Notes: generated from the letters alone by a model not told the origin. A stretch of 64,000 bases of DNA from Candidatus Nomurabacteria bacterium (GCA_943356675.1 CALRFQ010000002.1:1433-65432); one strand, 5' to 3'. Numbered from the stretch's first letter, positions 30,050-39,740 are shown. Numbers and translations are program-made.

Positions 30050-30562
30050 ATGAAAAATAAAATTGTAAAAGTAAATGACAAAATGCAAAAGGGGTATACA
30101 TATGAACTCTCTGCAAGAATAGGCAAGGATTTCGCCCCAGACTTCAAGCCGGACCTCACTCCCAAGCAAATGCTTGCGATGGGGATCTTCGGCGGAGTAT
30201 ATATGCGCGATTGTAAAAAAGAATTTCCGAAAGATTGGTTTACAAAAGCTAAATTTGCGAAAGGTGATGCTCACGATCCAGAATTAAATTATTTCAAAGT
30301 GAGTGCTAGTCAGTCACTTTCCGAGTGGAGAAAGAAAGGATGGGTGAGTGAAGTGGATCCTCGTGGATGGTTCCAGTGGTATTGCCGTTACTATATGGGT
30401 CGCAGGCTTCTAAAGGAGGATGCTCGCCAGATAAAGCGCTGGAATGCTATCCGCCGCCACATCGGCCAGATCGTGGCAAACTGCCGCCCTGGCGACACTC
30501 TCTGCCGTCCTCGCCAACGCCAAGCACTCCTTCACTGGGCTTACAATACAAAAAATATTTAA
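30050..30562 (+). CDS. conserved hypothetical protein (DPxGWFQWYCRY family)
   Basis: PDLTPKQML.MGIFGG.Y, DPRGWFQWYCRYYMGRR, RQALLHWAY. Confidence 0.8.
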   Translation: MKNKIVKVNDKMQKGYTYELSARIGKDFAPDFKPDLTPKQMLAMGIFGGVYMRDCKKEFPKDWFTKAKFAKGDAHDPELNYFKVSASQSLSEWRKKGWVSEVDPRGWFQWYCRYYMGRRLLKEDARQIKRWNAIRRHIGQIVANCRPGDTLCRPRQRQALLHWAYNTKNI

Positions 30563-30589
30563 TCGTTATGTTATAATCAAAAAATGGAT

Positions 30590-30705
30590 CCCGTTAGAAA
30601 TCGCGGTCACAATTTATTTCTAGTAGGATTTATTTATTAATTTAATTTTAGTAGGTATATACGCGGGTATCTTTATTTTATGATCGCGACCTATTTCTAA
30701 TCGGG
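30590..30705. mobile_element. MITE-like insertion with terminal inverted repeats and a 6-bp duplication of ATGGAT
   Basis: ATGGAT|CCCGTTAGAAAT...ATTTCTAATCGGG|ATGGAT. Confidence 0.7.
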
Positions 30706-31269
30706 ATGGATATTTTAGCACACACATTATGGGCCAATTATGGTTCACGTAAGGCGAACCGCATGATAGATAAGAGGAATGAGAAGAAGCCGGAGGCGAA
30801 GCCGGTAAAGAAATTAAACGTAGTAGCTACATCAATCTTTGGAGTTGCTCCAGACTTTTTTGCATTTACTTCGCCGTTTATTTTAATGCTTTGGAATTTG
30901 CTGTCTGGTAAAGCCACACTCTCTTCATTCTCTCACCACGGTCCACCCACCGAAGGTCTCGACCTTGCATCATATTTATACCAATTCAGTCATAGTCTTG
31001 TGATTTTTGCTATTGTGTTCATTCTCGTATGGGTCCTTTACAAGCGCCCACGATTCGAGCTCCTCGGCTGGGCTCTGCACATACTTATCGACATTCCTTC
31101 ACACGCAATTTCATTTTTCCCGACACCATTTCTTTTCCCAATATCAGAATACCGATTCCCATATGGAGTGTCTTGGGGTAATAAGTGGTATATGATTGTG
31201 AATTATTCATTGCTACTCATCTGCGCGGCATATATGATGCTTTCGCAAAAGAAATTAGACAAAAAATAA
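30706..31269 (+). CDS. membrane protein, YdjM-like metal-dependent hydrolase fold
   Basis: MDILAH, PD, HSL, HILIDIPSH motifs with TMs. Confidence 0.7.
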   Translation: MDILAHTLWANYGSRKANRMIDKRNEKKPEAKPVKKLNVVATSIFGVAPDFFAFTSPFILMLWNLLSGKATLSSFSHHGPPTEGLDLASYLYQFSHSLVIFAIVFILVWVLYKRPRFELLGWALHILIDIPSHAISFFPTPFLFPISEYRFPYGVSWGNKWYMIVNYSLLLICAAYMMLSQKKLDKK

Positions 31270-31270
31270 T

Positions 31271-31504
31271 ATGATATACATAGACGTGCGTACGAAAGGT
31301 GAATACGATAGTGGTCACAAGGAAGATGCCACAAACCACGACATTATGGATATGATGTCTGGCAAGTTTCCAGACTTTCCTAAAGATACTGAAATCACTT
31401 TATATTGTGAGTCCGGCAACCGCTCAATGATGGCAAAGGCTATGATGGAGCAAGCAGGATTTACAAAAGTCACCGATGGTGGCGGAGTGGATAACTTTAT
31501 CTAG
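31271..31504 (+). CDS. rhodanese-like domain protein
   Basis: IDVRT..EY..GH, LYCESGNRS, GG. Confidence 0.88.
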   Translation: MIYIDVRTKGEYDSGHKEDATNHDIMDMMSGKFPDFPKDTEITLYCESGNRSMMAKAMMEQAGFTKVTDGGGVDNFI

Positions 31505-31536
31505 ACAAGTTTAATAAAATGGTATAATGGATGCAT

Positions 31537-32502
31537 ATGAAAAAATATAAAACATATGCATTTTTGTTTGTCTTAAGTTTATTAGTAACAACAAGTGTGG
31601 TATTAGCAGAAGATAATGGTGTTGAAGGAGATAGTAATCTTCCTCCTAGGCCAGAACTTCGTGGTGGTGAATTAAAAGATGCTAGAGAAGCTCTTAAGAA
31701 TGATCGTGAAGCATTAAGAGAAGCTGATAAAGCAAAGGCTGAAGCAATGCGTGAACAGCTTAAGAATGATCGCGAGAAAGCAAAGGAAGAGATAAAGAAA
31801 TCTCGTGATGAATTCAAAGCAGGTATTAAAGAGGATAAAGAGAACGCAAAGGATCTTATCAAGGCTAAGCGTGAGGACCTTATAAATGCAACAGTAGAGA
31901 ACCGTGAAGCATTCAAGAAAGAGATTGAAGACAAGAAGGAAGAAATGAAGCAATCTCGTGAAGAAATGAAGGCTAAATTCAAGGATGAACTTGGCAAGAT
32001 TAAGGATGAAGCCAAGAAGGTAAAAGCTGAGAACATCGCAAACAACATCGCGACAGTAAATGAAAATTTGATTGCGAAGAATACAAAGCTCGTAGCAGAC
32101 ATCGAGACAGTACTCGTAGCTATCGAATCTCGTGCAGATAAGGCAGCAGCAAATGGTGCAGATGTAGCAGCAGTGCGTAGTGCTATTACAAGTGCGGAGC
32201 AAGCTATAGCCGATGCTCGTGCTGCAATAGCAGTGCAATCAGGCAAGACTTACACAACTACAATCAGTAGTGATGCTACAGTAAAGACTGATCTTCAAGC
32301 AGTTCGTGATTTGTTCCGTGCAGATGTAAAGGTGATGAATGCGGCTGTAAAGGCAGCTCATAAGGCTACAAGAGGTGCTGCAGAATTATTAAAAGAAATT
32401 CCAAAGGTTGATGAAGCTGAAGTAGAAGACTCTGCATCTGCTACAAGTACACCAGCAGCGACAGACACTACAGCAACTACAACTACTACAACAACTAACT
32501 AA
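31537..32502 (+). CDS. secreted coiled-coil protein with Thr-rich tail
   Basis: Signal peptide, K/E/R-rich helical repeats. Confidence 0.8.
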   Translation: MKKYKTYAFLFVLSLLVTTSVVLAEDNGVEGDSNLPPRPELRGGELKDAREALKNDREALREADKAKAEAMREQLKNDREKAKEEIKKSRDEFKAGIKEDKENAKDLIKAKREDLINATVENREAFKKEIEDKKEEMKQSREEMKAKFKDELGKIKDEAKKVKAENIANNIATVNENLIAKNTKLVADIETVLVAIESRADKAAANGADVAAVRSAITSAEQAIADARAAIAVQSGKTYTTTISSDATVKTDLQAVRDLFRADVKVMNAAVKAAHKATRGAAELLKEIPKVDEAEVEDSASATSTPAATDTTATTTTTTTN

Positions 32503-32510
32503 TAAATTAT

Positions 32511-32747
32511 ATGAATAAAAATACAACACTTACAATTTTTGCAGTTATCGTTATCGTTTTACTTGGCTTGGTTGTTTGGAAATATTCTGCAAAGAAGGAA
32601 GTTCCACTTACTCCAGCACAAGAGCTAAATAGTGCAACACAGTCAGACACAACTACTTCTATCGATGAAAGTCTTAATTCTATAAATACAGATAGTACTA
32701 TAGACGCAGACTTAAATTCTGTAGACGCAGATTTGAAAACTCTTTAA
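32511..32747 (+). CDS. small membrane-anchored protein
   Basis: N-terminal TM, acidic C-terminus. Confidence 0.75.
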   Translation: MNKNTTLTIFAVIVIVLLGLVVWKYSAKKEVPLTPAQELNSATQSDTTTSIDESLNSINTDSTIDADLNSVDADLKTL

Positions 32748-32822
32748 TTTTTATTAGGACATATGGGTTTATTAGTATATACTCCTCCAGTCGGTTTAGT
32801 ATAACTAATTTCTTAAATACAT

Positions 32823-32930
32823 ATGTCAGACGAAATAATAAAAGAAGACGAAGTAGTAGTAGAAGTTCCTGTGGAAGCTCCAGAGGAAACACCTACAGAG
32901 GAAACTCCTTCTGAAGAGACTCCTGCATAA
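32823..32930 (+). CDS. small acidic Pro/Glu-rich protein (35 aa), not in ORF track
   Basis: MSDEIIKEDEVVVEVPVEAPEETPTEETPSEETPA*, followed by strong hairpin at 32944-32976. Confidence 0.55.
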   Translation: MSDEIIKEDEVVVEVPVEAPEETPTEETPSEETPA

Positions 32931-33036
32931 TAATAAATGCTTTAAAATGCCCCGCGGACTACCGCGGGGCATTTTAATTGACAAAAATCCATTAATATCC
33001 TATTATTTCTTGATACAGTTCTTTAAATTTTGAGTA

Positions 33037-33096
33037 GTTTAGTTTGTGGCTCTTTGGATATCAGTCTCTGGTATCTAGTGAGCCACAAGGCTAAAC
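33037..33096 (+). promoter_or_regulatory. 5'-leader hairpin, copy 2
   Basis: GTTTAGTTTGTGGCTC..GAGCCACAAGGCTAAAC, downstream of TTGACA-17-TATTAT (32978-33006). Confidence 0.6.
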
Positions 33097-33101
33097 ATTA
33101 T

Positions 33102-33620
33102 ATGACACAGTTAACAAACGCAAAAAAAGAAGAAGAGGTAAAAGTAAAATTACCCGACGGAAGAATTTTAAGATTCTATCCTGTAGAATCAGATGAAGGT
33201 GTAGAGCAGAAGTATTCATTCGATATCGAAGGCGATGCCGAAATGACTACAAAGCTGCTTAATGCGACAAAAAAACATCGTATTAAGTACAGCTACATCA
33301 AAACCTATGCCGATAAGTTATCGAACCTGATTACTGAAGACAAGTTGACCGCCATCGTAACGGGTGAACAGATTTCAAACTATTATGAAGCATTCCGTAA
33401 GAAATTCGGTTGCCAGCCAGAATTTGAATTTTCTGAGGACAATTCAAAACCCGTAACTTCTTTTACTGCGAAATTAATTAACTCACAAATTGTTGATCAG
33501 AGCATTACCGGTTCCGGCCGAAGGAAGGCATGCGCAAAGGTAAACGCTATTAAAATCGCCCTCGGCGAAGAAAATGCCGATGAAAATGTTCAGCATGAAA
33601 ACACTCAAACCGACCACTAG
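33102..33620 (+). CDS. hypothetical protein with C-terminal dsRNA-binding-domain-like motif
   Basis: KKFGCQPEFEF..FTAKL..GSGRRKACAKVNAIKIAL resembles the dsRBD consensus; start ATG 33102. Confidence 0.55.
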   Translation: MTQLTNAKKEEEVKVKLPDGRILRFYPVESDEGVEQKYSFDIEGDAEMTTKLLNATKKHRIKYSYIKTYADKLSNLITEDKLTAIVTGEQISNYYEAFRKKFGCQPEFEFSEDNSKPVTSFTAKLINSQIVDQSITGSGRRKACAKVNAIKIALGEENADENVQHENTQTDH

Positions 33621-33712
33621 TATTAGTGGTACGCTAAAATAAAAAGCGAAGACCTTTATGGCCTTCGTTTTTTTGTATTCATATTAATCCAAATTAAGCG
33701 TATAATGTACTC

Positions 33713-34150
33713 ATGCAAATACTTTCACTTTTTATTTTAGTCGCTGGGTTCATCATCGGCCTCGGTGCTGTGACCGTGATCGACCTACACGGCTTCCTCG
33801 GCCGCAAGAGTGAGTATTGGACCCTCGCCACGACTCGCACGCACAAGGTCACCAAGCCTCTCATCTGGATCGGCATGTTCCTAGTCGCGCTTGGAGTCAC
33901 ACTACTTTACCGCATTCACTTCCTCTCATATTTCGAAATGAACATCATGATGGACATCGTAGGTATGCTCGTGGTGAATGGCTTCTTTTTATCATTCGTT
34001 ATCAGTCCGTATTTATTAGCTAAGGAGAAAGAAGGCAAGTCGAGCGAACTACTTCCCCAAGTAATGCAGAATAAAATTATTTTTAGTTTTATTGTGTCAT
34101 TCCTCGGCTGGTGGTCATTAGTATTATTATTCGTTAATTCTATAAATTAA
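33713..34150 (+). CDS. hypothetical membrane protein
   Basis: 4 TM segments. Confidence 0.75.
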   Translation: MQILSLFILVAGFIIGLGAVTVIDLHGFLGRKSEYWTLATTRTHKVTKPLIWIGMFLVALGVTLLYRIHFLSYFEMNIMMDIVGMLVVNGFFLSFVISPYLLAKEKEGKSSELLPQVMQNKIIFSFIVSFLGWWSLVLLFVNSIN

Positions 34151-34151
34151 A

Positions 34152-34550
34152 ATGAACAACTTCACAAACTACGCAGAACTTATCAAGCCCACTTGGGCGC
34201 CACCATCATGGGTATTTGGCCCAGTGTGGACAGTTTTATATATCATTATCTTTTTCACTTTTGGCAAGGTTTTCTTAATGGCATATCAGAAAGTTATTCC
34301 TCTCGTTGTCGCTCTGCCATTCTTCCTTAATCTTGTATTTAATTTTGCTTTTACTCCGCTCCAGTTTGGCCTCAAGAACAACATCCTCGCCGCCGCAGAC
34401 ATCCTCCTCGTCCTCATCACACTAGTCTGGGCACTCATCGCCATTTATCCATACATGAAGTCCATCACGTATTGGAACATCCCTTACACACTTTGGGTAT
34501 CATTTGCCACAGTTGTCCAGCTCACAATTACATATTTGAATTTTAAATAA
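34152..34550 (+). CDS. tspO: TspO/MBR tryptophan-rich sensory protein
   Basis: KPTWAPPSWVFGPVWTVLY, PYTLWVSFA. Confidence 0.9.
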   Translation: MNNFTNYAELIKPTWAPPSWVFGPVWTVLYIIIFFTFGKVFLMAYQKVIPLVVALPFFLNLVFNFAFTPLQFGLKNNILAAADILLVLITLVWALIAIYPYMKSITYWNIPYTLWVSFATVVQLTITYLNFK

Positions 34551-34552
34551 TT

Positions 34553-35071
34553 ATGAATAAATCCATAAAGATAATTTTAGGTATAGCCGTAGGGTTAGTA
34601 TTGCTTGTTGCTATAGCAGGCTTTGTTCGTTTTAATTTCACAAATGGGGGAGATGTCGTAATAAAGGAAGAGACTCCTGCTGTAACAATACTTACAGCAA
34701 AATATATTCACTCGGAGACACCATGGCCACCGAAGGTAACATATTCAAAAGAAGCATTTATATGCAATGATCCCGAATGGAAATCGTCTGATGAAGTTGC
34801 GAAGATGACTAATATTGGATGGACGATAATGATTAGTGGTAAGAAGTATTGTGTAAATGAAGAAGCAGAAGGAGGAGCTGGGAGTACATACATTACATAT
34901 GAATACAGTACTTTAGTAAATACACAACTCGCAAAAGTCACTTTTACACTTAGACATATATCCTGTATGAATTATGATGAACCAGAGAGGTCAGAATGTG
35001 TCGCGGAGCAGAACTTGTATAATGCCGATTCAATTGCAAATGATTTGATTTTAGCCGATAATAAAAATTAA
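34553..35071 (+). CDS. exported hypothetical protein with Cys pairs
   Basis: N-terminal TM; YCV..EG.AGSTY..Y.Y; C.NYDEP...C. Confidence 0.7.
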   Translation: MNKSIKIILGIAVGLVLLVAIAGFVRFNFTNGGDVVIKEETPAVTILTAKYIHSETPWPPKVTYSKEAFICNDPEWKSSDEVAKMTNIGWTIMISGKKYCVNEEAEGGAGSTYITYEYSTLVNTQLAKVTFTLRHISCMNYDEPERSECVAEQNLYNADSIANDLILADNKN

Positions 35072-35074
35072 TAT

Positions 35075-35569
35075 ATGAAAAACGAAATCATCACAAACCA
35101 CCCCGAGACTACCGTCGGACACATTCACCTCACAGTGTCGGACCTCGACCGCGCACTCACTTTCTACCGCGACCTTCTTGGCTTCACCGTTTCCGCTCGC
35201 TATGGCGACTCTGCCGTATTCCTCTCCGCTGGTGGCTACCATCATCACATAGGGCTCAACACTTGGGCGGGGAAAGGCGCTACACCTGCGCCCCAAGGCC
35301 ACACCGGCATGTATCATGTGGCATTCCTTTACCCATCGAGGAAGGAGCTTGCTCGCGTGCTCAAGCACATCCTAGACTCCGGCTATCCACTTGAAGGTGC
35401 ATCGGACCATATGGTGTCGGAAGCTATTTACCTCCGCGATCCAGACGGCAATGGCGTCGAGATATATGTGGATCGCCCACGTAAGGATTGGAAAGTTTCA
35501 AACGACGGCCTAGTCGAAATGGACACCCTCCCTCTCGATATGGAGGATTTACTTAAACAAGCAAATTAA
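35075..35569 (+). CDS. VOC/glyoxalase family protein (CatE-like)
   Basis: GHIHLTVSDL, GGYHHHIGLNTW, DH.VSEAIYLRDPDGNGVEIY. Confidence 0.9.
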   Translation: MKNEIITNHPETTVGHIHLTVSDLDRALTFYRDLLGFTVSARYGDSAVFLSAGGYHHHIGLNTWAGKGATPAPQGHTGMYHVAFLYPSRKELARVLKHILDSGYPLEGASDHMVSEAIYLRDPDGNGVEIYVDRPRKDWKVSNDGLVEMDTLPLDMEDLLKQAN

Positions 35570-35572
35570 TAT

Positions 35573-36196
35573 ATGCAAACCATCATCACCATACTCATCA
35601 TTGTCATACTGTGGTCCCTCTGGGGCTACTTCACTTCACGCGTCGAGCAAGCCGATTACAAAGTCCTGTCGAAGAATGCCGATTACGAAGTGAGAGAGTA
35701 CTCCGAGCATATCGTGGCAGAGACCGCGGTGTCTTCTTCATCATTTCGTGGTTCTATGAATTCTGGTTTCTCTATCGTCGCTGGATACATTTTCGGCGCC
35801 AATACGAAAAGTGCAAAGATCGCCATGACGGCACCCGTCGTCGAGCAGGCGAGATCCTCCGAGAAGATCGCCATGACTGCGCCTGTCACAGTAAATACGA
35901 AAGGTGACTCTAGGGTCATAGCTTTCGGCATGCCTCGCTCATACACCATGGACACTCTTCCTACTCCCACAGACCCTCGTGTGAAGCTCCGCTTAGTACC
36001 CAAGGCCAAGGTGGCTGTGCTCCGTTTCTCTTGGTCCCGCTCCGAATCCCGCGTGGAGAAGATGAAGGCCAAGCTCGCAGAGTACTTAAAGCGTGATGGC
36101 GTGGAGACCGTCGGCATTCCTAGCTACGCCGGCTACAATGCTCCTTGGACCCCACCTTGGATGAACAGGAATGAAATTTTAGTAGAAATAAAATAA
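35573..36196 (+). CDS. SOUL heme-binding protein
   Basis: YEVREY, GYIFGAN, KIAMTAPV, YNAPWTPP..RNE. Confidence 0.9.
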   Translation: MQTIITILIIVILWSLWGYFTSRVEQADYKVLSKNADYEVREYSEHIVAETAVSSSSFRGSMNSGFSIVAGYIFGANTKSAKIAMTAPVVEQARSSEKIAMTAPVTVNTKGDSRVIAFGMPRSYTMDTLPTPTDPRVKLRLVPKAKVAVLRFSWSRSESRVEKMKAKLAEYLKRDGVETVGIPSYAGYNAPWTPPWMNRNEILVEIK

Positions 36197-36200
36197 TTTT

Positions 36201-36689
36201 ATGAATAAGAAAATGTACATTGCGGGTGGGTGCTTCTGGGGGCTTGAAGACCTTATGCGAAGGGAGATCGGCGTGAAGGATATCACCGCCGGCTACGCCG
36301 GCGGCACCACCCCGAGCCCTACCTATGAGCACCACGGCGACTACGCCGAAGCCATCGAGATAGCCTACGATCCCTCGCAGACTTCCTTCTGGAACCTCCT
36401 CGACTTTTTCTTCCAAATTCACAACCCCACCACACTCAATCAGCAGGGGAACGACATCGGCATCTCATACCGTAGCGCCATTTTCTACCAGGACGAAGAC
36501 GAGCACAAGCAAGCCGAGGACTTTATTAAAATAGTGAATGATTCCCATCGCTGGCCGAACCCCGTCGTCACCACCCTCGAGCCCTTTACCAATTTCTTCC
36601 GCGCCGAGGAATACCACCAAGACTTCCTAGAGAAGAACCCCGGCGGCTACACCTGCCATGCCATCTATTTCGATTCATATTTAAAATAG
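36201..36689 (+). CDS. msrA: peptide-methionine (S)-S-oxide reductase
   Basis: GGCFWG, GYAGG, QGNDIG.SYRSAIF, AEEYHQ. Confidence 0.95.
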   Translation: MNKKMYIAGGCFWGLEDLMRREIGVKDITAGYAGGTTPSPTYEHHGDYAEAIEIAYDPSQTSFWNLLDFFFQIHNPTTLNQQGNDIGISYRSAIFYQDEDEHKQAEDFIKIVNDSHRWPNPVVTTLEPFTNFFRAEEYHQDFLEKNPGGYTCHAIYFDSYLK

Positions 36690-36719
36690 ACTAATCAAAC
36701 TTCGCTCTTCGGAGCGCGT

Positions 36720-36914
36720 CTACTGTAGCTTGTCCGTAGTCTTTTTATCTCTTATATTCTCTTTTTCTGCATGTTCTAGCATTTCTTTCCAATGCTGACC
36801 AACATCAAATCCATATTTGGCTGAAATTTCTTTTTGTTTTAATAGACTCTTTTTAATTCTTTCCATTTTTTCATCTGTGCTCATTTGATTGATTTGTTTT
36901 TTACTTAATTTCAT
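36720..36914 (-). CDS. small hypothetical protein (64 aa) downstream of a structured leader
   Basis: AT-rich ORF with plausible start, divergent from the helicase gene. Confidence 0.55.
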   Translation of the reverse strand: MKLSKKQINQMSTDEKMERIKKSLLKQKEISAKYGFDVGQHWKEMLEHAEKENIRDKKTTDKLQ

Positions 36915-36949
36915 ATTTGTATTATTTTTAAAATTTAATAATACTCTTT

Positions 36950-37158
36950 GGGCTCAAATCTGCTGACTGGGCAAAGAAAAAAGCGACTAAGAGTTTTGAT
37001 CAAGATTCGACAATCTTAATGAAATCTCCCAATCGCCTTTGGCAATCAGTCATGATAAGGTATTTGGATCCTCGCAGATTTCCCAATTCACCTACCCATT
37101 CAAGGGAACCTCACATGGTCTACAGTCTGGCAGACTCAGTGTTACCTTTAAGGGCAAC
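36950..37158 (-). ncRNA. candidate structured RNA / long leader
   Basis: Several stems with G-U pairs on the minus strand; promoter TTGTCA-17-TATAAT at 37193-37165. Confidence 0.5.
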
Positions 37159-37261
37159 AATTATATTATATAACATATATCATTTACTGACAAGTTTTTT
37201 GTCGCCATATGAGTTTCTCATATTAATGATATACTTATGAAAGTTACCTACATACAAGATT

Positions 37262-39712
37262 ATGGAATTTTCAAAAAGTGATTATCTTTTAAAAATAAAA
37301 GGAATTATAATAAACGATTTAGGAATCAATGCAAATGAATATATTTCATGTTTTTTTGATGAAAATGAACCATATATTGAAATTAAAACTAGTTATGTTA
37401 AATATAAAATTATAATTGATAGGAGTGATTGTGGTTCTAGATATACAACAGAAAATACTAAAATAATAGTTATAGGGTCTAGTTTTTTAGAGCAAGAAGA
37501 TAAGGTTAAGTTTTTCCTAAGAAGGCAGTTTATAGCAGATGAAGAGCTTTTTAACTTATATCTTAAAAGAGGTAAAGAAATTAATCCGCATGAGGCACAA
37601 CATGTTGCCCTTTTAAATTTAGAAAACACTAGAAAAAGTGGGAACAATAAGGCATTAGCAGTACTTGCAACAGGTCTAGGTAAAACGATTTTATCAGCTT
37701 TGGATGTAAAAAATACAAAATCAGATAAAGTATTATTCATTGTTCATATCGATGAAATTTTAAAACAAACAAAGGAATCGTTTGAAATGGTTATGCCAGA
37801 AAGAAAAAATGATATGGGTTTTTTTACTGGAAAACAAAAGGATCGTGATAAAAAAATATTATTTGCCTCGATCCAGACTATTGGTAGGCAGAAACACATT
37901 GAATCATTTTCTCCGAATCATTTTGATTATATAATTATAGATGAAACCCATCACACTGCAGCACCCACATATAAAAAAATTTTTGACTATTTTCACCCTA
38001 ATTTCTTTCTTGGTTTAACAGCAACACCTGATAGAATGGATAAAAAAGATATATTGAATTTCTATGATCATAATGTTGTATTTGAAATGAATCAAGAAGA
38101 TGCAATAGAGCAAGGATATTTAACCCCATTTCAGTATTTGGGATTTAAGGATAATATTAACTATTCAAATATATTTTTTAACGGTTTCAAGTATGATATT
38201 AAGGATTTAAACAAGCATCTACTTATAGATGCACGTGATAATGAAATTATAAAAAAATATAAAGAATCAGCTGGTAATAGAAAAACTATAGGTTTTTGTG
38301 CCTCAATAGAACATGCAGAGAGGTGTGCTAAGAAGTTCAACGAGGCAGGGATAGATGCAATCTCAATTCATTCTAAAAGTGTTGGTCTAGATGGTTTTAA
38401 TGAAAAAGGAGTAAAGACTTTAATAAATCATTTCAGGCAAAATAAATGCCAGATTGTTTTTGTTGTAGATATGTTTAATGAAGGAATTGATATTCCTGAT
38501 GTTTCTTGTTTGTTATTTTTACGACCAACAGAGTCAAAGACAGTTTTTGTTCAACATATGGGTCGTGGTTTAAGAATATCTCCAGGCAAGGAAAATGTTT
38601 TAATTTTAGATTTTATTGGAAACTATCGTACTGCTAATTTAATTATTGAAGGATTGAATTTAAAAAATAATATTAGAGATTTAAAGAAATCAAAAAGGGA
38701 AGGCAAGGATGTATTTGCTTATAGTATTAATAATTGTGAAATAATTTTTGAATCTGAAGTGATAGATATTTTTAAAAATAATGAAGCTGCATATTCAGAA
38801 GAAATAAAAAATGAATTTATCTCAAAAGAGTGGATCGAATATTCTACTTATTTAAATAAATGGACAAAAGATAATTTATATTGGAAAAGGGGACAGCAAA
38901 ATCAATACTTTGAAGTTAACCTTGAGGCTATTAGGGTAATAAAAGATAATCCTAAAATAACAGAAAAAGATTTTATCGAAAAAATACAAGAAATTGTAAA
39001 AGAGAAATACCCCGGCAAAAATATGACTGCTGGATTTCGTGGATTAATGCTTTCAAAAATTAGTGGCTTTATTTCTGCTAATACACCGCTTAAACCAATG
39101 GAACCATTTATGAAAATTTGTGAAAAAACAAAAGATTTTAAAAACATTGAATTATACCGAGATGTTCTTACTTCACAGTTAGAAAAGATATTATATTGGA
39201 ATCCAATTTATGGCTCATATAATAAATACGTTGATTTATCTCATAGGGTGTCTTTTAATGACTTTAAAGTATATCCATTCTTCTTCATCTATGATGTATT
39301 GATTAGTCTTATTGATGACTATGGAGAAACAGAGCCATTTGTTAGTAGATTTGAATTTAATACTTTTATGGCTATCACTAAAGAGCATTCAGAGTCTAAA
39401 GATGTGCTAGAAAGGATCCTTCGTTTTAGGAAAGATGAGGAAATTCATCAAACCAAAAAATTATTAGACAAAAATAACAACATCGACCCGCGTTTTTATG
39501 GGATTGTGCATTATAATAAATATATTGAAAAAACAAAAATAGGTATAAAAATCAAGGACAAATACGTGGACGAGGTAAGAGAAAAAGTAAAAAAATTTAA
39601 AGAGCTTTACAATTCAGGTAAACTTATTTTCTATAAGGAAAATGACCAAGAATTATATGAAAATATGCTATACTCTAATCAAGATTTAATAAATTATTGC
39701 ACAGAGAAATAG
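37262..39712 (+). CDS. SF2 DExH helicase (ResIII-type) with C-terminal restriction recognition-like domain
   Basis: ATGLGKT, DETHH, TATP, DMFNEGIDIP, QHMGRGLR; C-terminus resembles the N-terminus of the ORF at 42428. Confidence 0.88.
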   Translation: MEFSKSDYLLKIKGIIINDLGINANEYISCFFDENEPYIEIKTSYVKYKIIIDRSDCGSRYTTENTKIIVIGSSFLEQEDKVKFFLRRQFIADEELFNLYLKRGKEINPHEAQHVALLNLENTRKSGNNKALAVLATGLGKTILSALDVKNTKSDKVLFIVHIDEILKQTKESFEMVMPERKNDMGFFTGKQKDRDKKILFASIQTIGRQKHIESFSPNHFDYIIIDETHHTAAPTYKKIFDYFHPNFFLGLTATPDRMDKKDILNFYDHNVVFEMNQEDAIEQGYLTPFQYLGFKDNINYSNIFFNGFKYDIKDLNKHLLIDARDNEIIKKYKESAGNRKTIGFCASIEHAERCAKKFNEAGIDAISIHSKSVGLDGFNEKGVKTLINHFRQNKCQIVFVVDMFNEGIDIPDVSCLLFLRPTESKTVFVQHMGRGLRISPGKENVLILDFIGNYRTANLIIEGLNLKNNIRDLKKSKREGKDVFAYSINNCEIIFESEVIDIFKNNEAAYSEEIKNEFISKEWIEYSTYLNKWTKDNLYWKRGQQNQYFEVNLEAIRVIKDNPKITEKDFIEKIQEIVKEKYPGKNMTAGFRGLMLSKISGFISANTPLKPMEPFMKICEKTKDFKNIELYRDVLTSQLEKILYWNPIYGSYNKYVDLSHRVSFNDFKVYPFFFIYDVLISLIDDYGETEPFVSRFEFNTFMAITKEHSESKDVLERILRFRKDEEIHQTKKLLDKNNNIDPRFYGIVHYNKYIEKTKIGIKIKDKYVDEVREKVKKFKELYNSGKLIFYKENDQELYENMLYSNQDLINYCTEK

Positions 39713-39740
39713 ATAATTTATATATCTTAAATTTATTTTC

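Noticed and set aside
31497-32246. 249-aa minus-strand ORF and similar antisense ORFs throughout the window
   Set aside because: Shadow frames of well-supported + strand genes
37019-37240. 73-aa ORF on the + strand
   Set aside because: Overlaps the structured minus-strand RNA and its promoter; no recognisable protein features
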